Assembly (NCBI GenBank): GCA_038087875.1
Contig: JAXLNO010002317.1
Span: forward strand, 2,294,001-2,358,000
Direction of reading: 5' to 3'
Length of the DNA: 64,000 nt
Source: Malacoraja senta
Taxonomy: Eukaryota
The notes below the pieces were generated by a model. That model saw nothing but the letters and a program-made list of their open reading frames with translations, ran no database searches and had not been told where the DNA came from. How positions within the stretch are numbered: position 1 is the first letter of the stretch; each line of letters begins with the position of its first letter. This document shows, piece by piece, positions 47,973-59,900 of the stretch. A program made the position numbers and the translations under genes.

Positions 47973-48529
47973 GTAGTGGAACTCTGCATTTAATCTCAAC
48001 TACAGATACAAAAGTGGGCACAAAAAGCTGGAGTAACTCAGCAGGACAGGCAGCATCTCTGGAGGTACATGGATAGGACGGGTTTGGAGGGATATGGACC
48101 AAGCGCAGGCAGGTGGGACCAGTGCAGCTGGGACATGTTGGCCGGTGTGGGCAAGTTGGGCCGAAGGACTTGTTTCCACACTGTATCACTATGACTCTAT
48201 ATGGACGATAATGTAGAGAGATAAAGAACAATGAATGAAAGATATGCAAATATAGTAACGATAATAAAGGAAGCAGGCCACTGTTAGCGGTTTGTTGGTT
48301 GAAAATGAGAAGCTAGTGCGGCTTGGGTGGGGGAGGGATGGAAAGAGAGAGAAATCAATGTGCATATCACTGGGCTGTAAGCTGCACAAGTGAAATATGA
48401 GATGCTGTTCCTCCAATTTGCATTTAGGCCTCACTCTGACAATGGAAGAGACCGAGGACAGAAAGGTCAGTGTGAGAATGGGAAGGAGAATTAAAGTGTA
48501 CAGCAACCGGGGTATGAATATTGATTTCT

Positions 48530-48690
48530 CTGTGTGAGTGGGAGAGAGAGAGAGAGTGGGTGTGAGTGTGAGAGAAAGTTTGAGAGAGGGAGACAGTGCG
48601 AGAGGGGGAGAGAGTGTGAAACTGCAAGTGTGAGAGAGTGTGTGAGTGTGTGAGAGAAAGAGAGGAGAGAGAGAGAGTGTGAGAGGAGAA
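48530..48690. repeat. (GA)n/(GT)n mixed microsatellite; a (CA)/(CT) tract also at 22275-22370
   Basis: Direct reading. Confidence 0.9.
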
Positions 48691-48832
48691 CATAAACAAC
48701 ATGCCTGAACCTGGGTGTGTGGGAGTTCAGGAGTTGTGAACCTTGTCGCTGATGGTAATTAAATGTCAGGCCACACCGTGCACTGCTCTGTACTAAACCC
48801 ACAACTGCCCGTCTGCTTCCCTTTCCTTCCAG

Positions 48833-49023
48833 AGCGCGGGGAGTGGAGAGGACGGGCCGGCCCCAGAGGAGCTGAAAGGAGGAGGGGAACCGGAGAGGGG
48901 GAAGAGCGAGCGGTCGTGTACGCCAGCCTGCGGGAGTTGCCGAGCAGCGGAGACACTGTGCACAACGGCGAGGGGGTGGAATACGCTGAGCTCTGGTTCC
49001 AGTCCAAGCAGGGGGAGGGGTAG
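48833..49023 (+). CDS. Siglec-like gene: terminal cytoplasmic exon with two ITIMs (VVYASL, VEYAEL); frame conflict at G5 run 48897-48901
   Basis: TACTAAAC branch-like motif, CTTTCCTTCCAG| acceptor; Tyr codons 48919-48921 and 48982-48984; stop TAG 49021-49023. Confidence 0.75.
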
Positions 49024-52000
49024 GAGGGAGGGGCGTGAGGAGGGAGGGCCGTGCTGTGGCAGGGGTGATGGGGAGGGAGGGGCGATGGGGAGGGAGCGCT
49101 GCACCAGCCTTAACTACCTTGGGTTTCATAGATTAATTAACCCTCTGTATAGGAGATAGTGGGATAGCATAGAACTAATGTGTGAACGAATGATCGATGG
49201 TCGGTGGGCTGAAGGGCCTGTTTCCACACTGTATCTCTAAACTAAACATAGAACTAATTTAAGAGATTTAAGATAGTTAGATAGAGCTCTAGGGGCTAAT
49301 GGATTCAAGGGATATGGGAAGAAGGAAGGCACGGGTTATTGATTGTGGACGATCAGCCATGATCACAATGAATGGCGGTGCTGGCTCGAAGGGCCGAATG
49401 GCCTCCTCCTTCACCTATTTTCTATGTAACTATTGTGCGAACGGATGATCGATGGTCGGTGCAGACATGGTGGGCCGAAGGGCCTGTTTCCGTGCTGTAT
49501 CTCTTAAAAAAGCCTTTGTTTCTTTAGAACAGACTGTTCCGGGTAACTATTGACATTGACAATAATTGCTTCTATTGACACTGGTCAAATGATAGTCTGT
49601 TAAACATACAGTCTTTACCTGCAGTTACAAAATAGACTTGTAGCTATTAAATGAAGACCTTTAGTTTTTGAAAATCCGGTGGGATTTTTGCTAATGCTCT
49701 TGTGAAACTCTGAAGCCCCCTCTTGCTCTTGTAGCGCCATGTTCTATAACAAGTTTCATAGCAAGCAGCTCTCTGTGCGGCATTGGTGAGTAATAATAAT
49801 AATGAAATACAGACGCTGGAAATCTGACAAAGGGCAGCACGGTGGCACAGTGGTAGAGTTGCTGCCTCACATGCGCCAGAGACCCGGGTTTGATCCTGAC
49901 CATGGGTGCTGTCTGTGCGGAGTTTGTACGTTCTCCGCGTGGATTTTCTCCGGGATCTTCGGTTTCCCCCCACACTCCAAAGACAGGCAGGTTTGTAGGT
50001 TAATTGGCTTGGTGTAAATGTAAATGGTCCCTGGTGTGTGTAGTGTGCGGGGATCACTGGTCGGTGCTGACTCAGTGGGCCGAAGGTCCTGTTTCAGCAC
50101 TGTGTCTCTAAACTACACTAAACTAAAACTAATCAGTCATGGTCATCCAATAGTGGAGCAGGTGTAAGATTAATCCTGATACTATTTTTATATCATTACA
50201 TGTTTTCTGCAGAGGATTTGGATTTGTTGCATTTGTAAACAAAGAGATTAAAATGCTAAACCATCACATGTCTCAGAATTATGTTTTAAACATCTCTTTT
50301 ATTTGATTTTTGGTCTGCTAATTTGAGGAAGGACATTCTTGCTATTGAGGGAGTGCAGCGTAGGTTCACCAGATTAATGCCCGGGATGGCGGGACTGACA
50401 TATGATGAAAGAATGGATCAACTGGGCTTGTATTCACTGGAATTTAGAAGGATGAGAGGATATCTTATAAAACATATAAAATCCTTAAGGGATTGGACAG
50501 GCTAGATGTAGGAAAAAAGTTCCCGATGTTGGGGGGAGTCCAGAACCAGGGGTCACAGTTAGGTCATTTGGGACTGAGATGGGGAAAATCATTTTCACCC
50601 AGGGAGATGTGAATCTGGGAATTCTCTGCCACAGAAGGCAGTGGGGGCCAATTCACTGGATGTTTTCAAGAGATAGATTTAGCTCTTTGGGCTAACGGAA
50701 TTAAGGGATATGGGGAGAAAGCAGGAATGGGATACTGATTTTGGATGATCAGCCGTGATCATATTGAATGGCGGTGCTGGCTGGAAGGGCAGAATGGCCT
50801 ACTCCTGCACCTATTTTCTATGTTTCCGCGCTGTATCTCAACTAAACTAAAGCCTTCCTATTACATTCCCATCTGAATATCTTGTAAAAGTCACGATTGT
50901 GTCCTTTCTAGAGCTTTTTTTAAAATTTCAAAATATACTTTATTTGAGAAATAAATATATCCAATACATGATCCTTACAAGACTCCATCCAACAATCTCG
51001 GAGGCTATACATACATTCAATAATGTTTACACAAATTACACAAATTTATCCCCCATCCTTGCCACTCATGTGGCCCACTGGCGTGGAATCCCTTCCCTTA
51101 TTTTTGAGGGGCATCTCCACCACACCCTGCCCCCCATGTCCAGCAGCGGAAGGACCCTAGGCTGTGGTCCCCATCGTCTTTTTTTAAATTATCAAAAAAT
51201 TTAATCAATTATTAAAAATAATATTTACAATACAATGAAACAAAACAGAACCCACCACCATAATACAAGACCAACAAATATACTAAATAAACTACTGTAC
51301 ACCTATGTTACACTCCTTGTCAAGGATGCATTCAACCCACCGCGGTGCCCAGTGGTCCTGGAAATCTCCCAGGGTGCCCGTGGACAGGGCGTACTCCCTC
51401 TCTAACACCACCCGGGCAAGGACGTAACCCCTGAAAAGGGGCAGGCATCTGGCTCGGGCAGAGCCCTCTTCCGCCTGGCACCGTGACTCGCGGATGGCCA
51501 GCTTGGCCAGGCCCAGGAGCAACCCAACCAGGACATCTTCAGCCCTACCCTCTCCCTTACGCACAGGGTGTCCAAAGATGAAGATGGTGGGTGAGAAATG
51601 CAGCCAGAAGGCAAGGAGCAGCCCCTTTAGATATTGGAACAGACTGCAGCCTCACACACTCCATATAAACATGGTACACAGATTCTTCCTGCCCGCAAAA
51701 GTGGCAGGCGGCTGGCGAGTCTGTGAACCGCGAGAGAAACAGGTTGCAGGGGACTCCTCGGTGCAATACCCTCCACCCCAGCTCCCCGATGTAGAGGGGG
51801 AGAATCCCTGTGTAGAGGGACCCCCCCCCCCCACCCCCACCGAGCCTTGGCGTTTGCTGCACCAAGCTTCAGTGCATCCCTCAGCATGTACTCCTGCAGT
51901 CTGCAGCAGGCCAGTCGGCAACATTCCCCAACGGACATCTCACTCCGCTGGGAGGTCAACAAAGCTCGGGCAGCCCAAAGAGCGTCTTTCACCGCCTTTC

Positions 52001-53288
52001 ACCGAGTTGATGACCTTCTAGCAGCACTCGATGTCAGTATCTGAATGCGTCGCTGGGACCCTTGCAGACCTCTCCAGGCTGTCTTTGCAAATCCACACAC
52101 TGCAAAGAGGTGGGCAAACATAGCAGCCATCCCGAGGGCAGCGTGCGCTGGTAGAGGTTCCGACGGTGAAGGAAGGATCTGACTGGGAGGGCTCCCCTCA
52201 CCGCCAACCAAACCAGATCGTGGTGCTTGTTGGTGAGTTGTGGCGATGAGGCATTTCGCCAGACAAGCTGGGCAGTCTGCTCTGGGATCCACGCCACAGG
52301 TTCCATGGAGTTATTTCCCTGCAGTGCCTGCAGGACGTTCCGTGCTGACCACTGCCTGTTGGACTTGTGGTCAAAGGTGTTGGTCCAGAAGAACCTTTCC
52401 ATGAACGATAGATGTCCAGCTGACTGGCACATTACGTGGCATCTGCGCCAGGCCCATCCTTCGCAACACCGGGGACAGGTAGAACCTCAGCAGGTAGTGA
52501 CACTTGGTGCCCACGTGCCTTGGCTCTACGCTCTGCCTGATGCAGCCACACATGAAGGTGGCCATCAGGGTGAGGGTGACGTTGGGCACACTTTTACCCC
52601 CGTGTCTGCCGACTTGTGCATTGTGGCCCGTCGCACCCGGTCTATCCTCGACCCCCAGATGAACTGGAATTCGGCCTTGGTGATCCCTGTGGCGTAGGAG
52701 GGAGGGACAGGCCACACTTGCGCCACGTACAGCAACCCCGAGAGCACCTCACACCTGATGACCAAGTTCTTTCTCGTTATAGAGAGGGAGCGTTGCTTCC
52801 ACAGCTCCAGTTTATTCCCCACCCTTGGCTATCCGCACCAGCCAATTCTTGTCACATGCCTCAGCCCCCCGAACCAGATCCCCAGCACCTTCAAGAAGTC
52901 AGGCTTGATGGTGAAGGGGACGGAAGATCGGTCGGGCCAGTTGCCAAAGAGCAAGGCCTCGCTCTTCCTGCGGTTCACCCTGGCTCCTGTGGCCGACTCA
53001 AACTGGTCGCAGATGCTAATCAATCTGCGGACCGACCCTGGATCCGAGCAGAAGACGGCGACATCGTCCATGTACAGGGAGGTTTTGACCCGAGTGCCCC
53101 CACTGCCTGGCAATGTCACTCCTCTTATGCTCGTGTCCTTCCTGATGGACTCGGCAAAAGGTTCAATACAACAGACAAACAAGACAGGGGAGAGAGGGCA
53201 ACCCTGCCTGACTCCAGACCTGACGGGGAAGCTGTCTGATTCCCACCCATTGATTTGGACTGCGCTACAGATATCAGTGTAGAGCAGT

Positions 53289-53395
53289 CTGAACCTTCAG
53301 TCTGAGGAAGGGTTTCGGCCCGAAACGTTGCCTATTTCCTTCGCTCCATAGATGCTGCTGCACCCGCTGAGTTTCTCCAGCATTTTTGTGTACCT
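53289..53395 (+). mobile_element. 107 bp Penelope-tail insert with hammerhead motif inside Tx1 ORF2
   Basis: 15 bp TSD TCAGTGTAGAGCAGT (53274-53288, 53396-53410); CTGAGGA-A-GGGT(TTCG)GCCC-GAAA-CGTT at 53302-53329. Confidence 0.8.
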
Positions 53396-55307
53396 TCAGT
53401 GTAGAGCAGTTGGATCCAATTCCTGATTCCCTCCCCAAAGCCCATTTTGGAGAGCACGTCCCTCATGTACGTGTGCGATATCCTGTTGAAGGGCTTCTCC
53501 TGGTCCTAACTGACTAGGCAGGCATCCACCTGTCTGTCCTGCACATAGGCAATGGTATCTGTCAGCAGCGTCAGGCTGTCTGAGATATTTCTGCAAGATA
53601 CAGGAACAGGTGGATCACCCGTCCCAGAGCAGACTTGACCCGGTTGGCGATGGCCTTGGACAGGATCTTGTAATCAACATTCAACAATGTGATAGGTCTC
53701 CAATTCCTTATGTCATTCATCTCCCCCTTCTGCTTGTAGATTAGGGTGATGCTGCCCTTCCTCATAGAGTCTGACATGCTGCCGGCTAGAAGCATGTCAT
53801 TGTACACTTCCAGCAGGTCCGGGCCCACCCAGTCCCACTGAGCCGAATACAACTCGGCCGGTAAGCCATCGCTTCTGGGAGTTTTACTCAACTCAAAGGA
53901 ATGGATGGAGCCAGTCAGCTCCTCTAGGGTCAGTGGTTGGTCCAGACTCTCCCGCTTGCTGTTCTCCAAGACCTCCGTGGTAGAGGACAGGAAGTTCTGG
54001 GAGGCGGTGCTGTCTGTGGCCTTTCTGTCGTACAAATCCGTATAAAAGGATGTGCAGATCCTCAGCATGTCCGTCTGCAAGGATGTTACCGAGCCGTCCT
54101 CCTCCCTAAGGCTGTTGGTCACAGAGCTCCCCCTGTGAACCTTATGGAAGAAGAAGCGTGAGCACGTCTCATCCTGCTCCACGTGGCGGACCCTGGATCG
54201 GAAGATGGTCTTGGAGGATATGGAGGTAAAGAGCCGAGTTTGCCGGCCCTTCAACTCTCAAAGTTCCTCCCTCACATCCACCCCTCTCGACTGCAGAAGG
54301 AGCAGAAGTTGCTACAAATCTGTCTGGAGTTGACACAATTCCCTCTGACTCTGTCTTGCTCTCTGAACCCCTTTAGATATGAAGAACCTCTTGATGTTCT
54401 CATTGGTTGATTCCCACCAGTGTGTCGGGGAGTCAAAGAGGGGCCTCACCGATCTCCAACATGCGTAGTCCCTCTTTAACTCCTCAATGTTCTCTGGGGT
54501 CAACAGCTTCACATTGAACTTCCACGTCCCCCTGCCTGCCTTCCGGTCCTCCTGTAGGTGACAGGAAGCCTGAAGGAGGCAGTGGTCAGAGAAGAACACC
54601 GGCGTGAGGTCGGTGTGTCTCACCGTGACGGCCTTCGATGTGAAGAGGAAGTCTATCCGGGACCGGGCTGAACCGTCCGATCTCGACCAGGTGAACCGCG
54701 ACTGGGACCCGCCTGCAGGGTGGCTGAAGGCGTCGCGCAACTTTGCGTCTTTGACCGTCTCCATCAGGAGCTTGGAGGTGCTGTCCAGTCTGTGATCGGC
54801 ACTGCCCGATCGTCCAGCCGCATCGATGATGCAGTTGAAGTCACCGGTCAGAACGAGCGACCGGGACGTGGCCAGCAGTGGTGGGAGCTGCTGGAGAACG
54901 GCCAGCCGCTCGCTCTGCACGGGTGAGGCGTACACATTAATCAGCCGGAGCGGAGAGCCACGTTACATTACATCCACCACCAGGTGACGGCCCCTTCCCC
55001 CCAACCACCTCCCTGACCTCAGTGATGGCGAAGCTCCCTCCCGCAGCAAGATCCCCAGACCGGAAGCGCGACAGTCATTGCCCCCCGACCACACCGACAG
55101 TCCGTGGGGCCACCATCGCGACCACCTCTGATAGCCGTGGAGGTGTGGCAGCCCGCACTCCTGCAGAATAGTCACATCTGCCTCGACCTTGGGCAGGTAC
55201 TGCAAGGTGTTTACACATCGCGCAGTGTTCTTCACACTGCGCACGTTTAGCGATGCCAGTTTTAGCTCCATTGTCCTTAAAAAGTCACTGATCGTCATCT
55301 TGTCCTA

Positions 55308-56425
55308 GATACATAGATACATAGAAAATAGGTGCAGGAGTAGGCCATTCGGCCCTTCGAGCCTGCACCGCCATTCAATATGATCATGGCTGATCATCCA
55401 ACTCAGTATCCCGTACCTGCCTTCTCTCCATACCCCCTGATCCCTTTAGCCACAAGGGCCACATCTAACTCCCTCTTAAATATAGCCAATGAACTGGCGT
55501 CAACTACCCTCTGTGGCAGAGAGTTCCAGAGATTCACCACTCTCTGTGTGAAAAAGTTTTTCCTCATCTCGGTCTTAAAGGATTTCCCCCTTATCCTTAA
55601 GCTGTGACCCCTTGTCCTGGACTTCCCCAACATCGGGAACAATCTTCCTGCATCTAGCCTGTCCAACCCCATAAGAATTTTGTACGTTTCTATAAGATCC
55701 CCTCTCAATCTCCTAAATTCTAGCGAGTATAAGCCAAGTCTATCCAGTCTTTCTTCATATGAAAGTCCTGACATCCCAGGAATCAGTCTGGTGAACCTTC
55801 TCTGCACTCCCTCTATGGCTATAATGTCCTTCCTCAGATTTGGAGACCAAAACTGTACGCAATACTCCAGGTGTGGTCTCACCAAGACCCTGTACAACTG
55901 CAGTAGAACCTCCCTGCTCCTATACTCAAATCCTCTTGCTATGAAGGCCAACATACCATTCGCTTTCTTCACTGCCTGCTGCACCTGCATGCCTACTTTC
56001 AATGACTGGTGTACCATGACACCCAGGTCTCGCTGCACCTCCCCATTTCCTAATCGGCCACCATTTAGATAATAGTCTGCCTTCCCGTTTTTGCCACCAA
56101 AGTGGATAACCTCACATTTATCCACATTATACTGCATCTGCCAAACATTTGCCCACTCACCCAGCCTATCCAAGTCACCTTGCAGTCTCCTAGCATCCTC
56201 CTCACAGCTAACACTGCCCCCCAGCTTAGTGTCATCCGCAAACTTGGAGATGTTGCTTTCAATTCCCTCGTCCAGATCATTAATATAAATTGTAAATAGC
56301 TGGGGTCCCAGCACTGAGCCTTGCGGTACCCCACTAGTCACTGCCTGCCATTGTGAAAAGGACCCGTTTACTCCTACTCTTTGCTTCCTGTTTGCCAGCC
56401 AGTTCTCTATCCACATCAATACTCT
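55308..56425 (-). mobile_element. 5'-truncated CR1 LINE nested between Tx1 ORF1 and ORF2
   Basis: Uninterrupted ORF 55403..56428 (RT C-terminal half); same tail and subfamily as the CR1 at 19166. Confidence 0.92.
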
Positions 56426-56577
56426 CATGCCACCGCTTTGGTGAATTGTAGCATCGTTTCTGGGCTCAGGTACTGGGTGCCGGCATCCTCAAGGAGGGGG
56501 TCTCCTCTGGCATGGCTGGAGTTGTTGTCAGAGGGACCCTCCTTGTTCCACCCTCTTCCGGGCGCACCGCCCCCTCC

Positions 56578-56970
56578 GTCTCCTGTAGCTGGGGTACGGT
56601 GGCTGGTTCATTGCTCCCGGTCTCCCGGAGCTGGGGCACATTGGCCGCTGCACTGCTCCCGGTCTCCCGGAGCTGGGGCCCATTGGCCGCTGCACTGCTC
56701 CCGGTCTCCCGGAGCTGTGGCCCATTGGCCGCTGCACTGCTCCCGGTCTCCCGGAGCTGGGGCCCATTGGACGCTGCATTGCTCCCGGTCTCCCGGAGCT
56801 GTGGCCCATTGGCCGCTGCACTGCTCCCGGTCTCCCGGAGCTGGGGCCCATTGGACGCTGCACTGCTCCCGGTCTCCCGGGGCTGTGGCCCATTGGCCGC
56901 TGCACTGTTCCCGGTCTCCTGGAGCTGGGGCCCATTGGCCGCTGCACTGTTCCCGGTCTCCTGGAGCTTG
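56578..56970 (-). repeat. 42 bp coding minisatellite in Tx1 ORF1 (8 full + 1 degenerate units)
   Basis: ORF 56466..57362 reads (RETGSSAAANGPQL)n. Confidence 0.9.
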
Positions 56971-59900
56971 GGGACAACAGGCGTGTCCTTTCCCTTTCCG
57001 ATCTCCTCACCCGTTTTCTTCCTCTGCCTCCAACGTGGGGTCCTCGATGTCGCCTCATCCTCTGACGAGGAGAGGTTGCTGCCGTCGGTCTGGGAGAGGA
57101 CTCTTTTCTTGGACTTTCCCGTTCCCTCCGGCCTTGGCTCTTTGGGCAGAGCCCTCTGGTCTTTCCTACTTTTCACCACCTGCCATTGCCTCCTCCTGTT
57201 CCCCTTCTTCCATCGACTCTCCCTCCTGGACAGGGGGCTGGGGGTCTCTGTCCGGCGGTTGGGGGCTGGAGGTGGTCGGGCTGTCCTCATCCCTGTTCTC
57301 TCTTTCTGCTGGGGTCTAGGCAGTGGTGGCAAGCGTCTCGCCCACCCTGGGGGTGTTGGCATCAGCTCCTCTTATTGCCTGTGTTTAGGTGCAGGCTCTT
57401 TTAGAGCAGGCCCTGTAGAGGTGGCCTGCCTCCCCGCACAGGCTGCAGTTCTTGCTGACTTGGCAGTCCTTTGTCTCGTGAGCTTCGTTCCCCTTCTCCC
57501 GGAAGTCTTGCATTAGCTTCTGCCATCCCGTTGGATACTTGAAAGTGACATCAAAGTATCCGTTACAAGGGAAGTCCTGGAGACAGTACATGTCTTCGGC
57601 CTCAAATTTGCAGGCCTCCAGCAAGACCTTCCTGACGAACTGGTCCCGTGAGAAAGGAGTCCCCTCGCTGAGGTCCTTCATGCTCACTCGCAGGGTATTG
57701 CAATTCCCTGTCAATAGACAATAAACAAAAGGCAATAGACAATAGACAATAGACAATAGGTGCAGGAGTTGGCCCTTCGTCCCTTCGAGCCAGCACCGCC
57801 ATTCAATGTGATCATGGCTGATCATCCACAATCAATACCCCGTTCCTGCCTTCTCCCCATATCCCCTGACTCCGCTATCTTTAAGAGCTCCATCTAACTC
57901 TCTCTTGAAAGCATCCAGAGAATCAGCCTCCACTGCCTTATGAGGCAGGGAATATGACAGATTCACAACTCTCTGGCTGAAAACATTTTTCCTCATCTCA
58001 GTTCTAATTGGCCTACCTTTATTCTTAAACTGTGGCCCCTGGTTCTGGACTCCCAAAACATCTGGAACTTGCTGCCTGCATCTAGCGTGTCCAATCCCCT
58101 AATAATCTTTTATGTCTCAATAAGATCCCTTCTCATCCTACCCAATTCCAGAGTATACAAGCTCAGCCGCTCCATTCACTCAACATATAACAGTTCCGCC
58201 ATACCGGGAATTAACATCGTGAACCTACGCTGCACTCCCTCAATAGCAAAAATGTCCTTCCTCAAATTAGGAGACCAAAACTATGTCCCCTGGTCCTCGA
58301 TTCCCCTACTCTGGGCAAGAGATTCTGTGCGTCTACCTGATCTATTCCTCTCATGATTGTGTACACCACTATAAGATGACCCCTCATCCTCCTGCAATCC
58401 AAGGAGTAGAGTCCCGGCCTACTCAACCTGTCCCCACAGCTCACACCCTCGAGTCCTGGCAACATCCTCGTAAACATTTGATATTTTCCCAACGTAGCCC
58501 GGTCCCATCACACAAACCAACCTCACCACCCCTATCGACTCTAATTGGGCCCCATATCTGACGAAGTATGTGCCCGCTCTGGAGAGGGTCCAAGGAGATT
58601 TACAAAAATGATTCCAGGAATGAGTTGGTTAGCGTATGATGAGCATTTTTGACGGCACTGGGCCTGTACCCACTGGCGTTTAGAAGGTTGAGGGGGGGAC
58701 CACATTTAAATGTACAGAATAGTGAAAGGCCTGCATAGAGTGGATGTGGAAAGGATGTTTCCACTTGTGGGAGAGTCTAGGACCAAGCTCAAGTTCAAGT
58801 GAGTTTATTGTCGTGTGTCCCTGATAGGACAATGAAATTCTTGCTTTGCTTCAGCACACAGAACATAGTAGGCATTGCCTCAGAATTAAAGGGCGCTCTT
58901 TTAGAAAGGAGATGAGGAGCAATTTCTTTAGTCAGAGTGTAGTGAAAATGGAATTATTTACGGCAGAGGGCAAGTCAGTGGATATTTTTTAGGCAGAGAT
59001 AGACAAAATCTTCATTAGAACGGGTGTCAAGGGTTATGGGGAGAAGGCAGGAAAATGGGATTGGGAGGCCGAGATCGGCCATGATTCAATGGGGGAATAG
59101 GCTCGATGGGCCGAATGGCCTAATTCTACTCCTATAACGTGAACTTGCAACTCCATCTCCACTTCACGCTGCCTCGGGAAAACTACCAACATACTCAAGG
59201 ACCGCTCACACCACAGCCATTCCCCCTTCTCCCCTCTCCCATCGGGAGGCATGTTGGTGCAGCGGTAGAGTTGCTGCCTTACAGCGAATGCAGCACCGAA
59301 GACCCAGGTTCGATCCCGACTACGGGTGACAATAGACGATAGACAACAGGTGCAGGAGTAGGCCATTCGGCCCTTCGAGCCAGCACCACCATTCAATGTG
59401 ATCATGGCTGATCATCCCCAATCAGTACCCCGTTCCTGCCTTCTCCCCATATCCCCTAACTCCATATCTTTAAGAGCCCTATCTAGCTCTCTCTTGAAAG
59501 TATCCAGAGAACCTGCCTCCACCGCCCTCTGAGGCAGAGAATTCCACAAACTCACAACTCTCTGTGAGAAAATGTGTTTCCTCGTCTCTATTCTAAATGG
59601 CTTACCCCTTATTCTTAAACTGTGGCCCCTGGTTCTGGAATCCCCCAACATCGGGAACATGTTTCCTGCCTCTAGAGTGTCCAAATCCTTAATAATCTTA
59701 TATGTTTCAAAAAGATCCCCTCTCATCCTTCTAAACTCCAGACTACACAAACCCAGCCGCTCCATTTTCTCAGCATATGACAGTCCCACCCATCCTGGGA
59801 ATTAACCTTGTAAACCTACGCTGCACTCCCTCAGCGTAGGACTGAGTATAGGTGCTGACTATACGGAACTTGTACGTTCTTCCCGTGACCGGCATGGGTT

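Larger units (their letters stand above)
51180..57710 (-). mobile_element. Near-full-length decayed Tx1-clade LINE (ORF1 with CCHC knuckle; ORF2 APE-RT, many frameshifts); a second Tx1-like 3' end at ~50915-51175
   Basis: CSLCGEAGHLYRAC (57385..57831); MELKLASLNVRSVK, LTGDFNC, SDHC, WRPITLLNVDYKILSKA, GVRQGCPLSP, LYMDDV across ORFs 51292-55298; poly-T at 51178-51185. Confidence 0.9.

Noticed and set aside
47882-48076. Reading the first cytoplasmic exon as EGRCDNGEGF... to restore the ITIM frame
   Set aside because: Needs a phase 0 TM donor, but the TM exon ends CG|GTAAGT in phase 2; the other frame gives a more typical juxtamembrane sequence.
14265-49023. Calling the gene MAG, CD22 or CD33
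   Set aside because: The architecture is MAG-like but the V domain is too divergent for the highly conserved MAG, the tail has two ITIMs, and orthology needs phylogeny and synteny; symbol left empty.
51402-54410. Multiple plus-strand ORFs of 70-175 aa
   Set aside because: Antisense shadows of GC-rich Tx1 ORF2.
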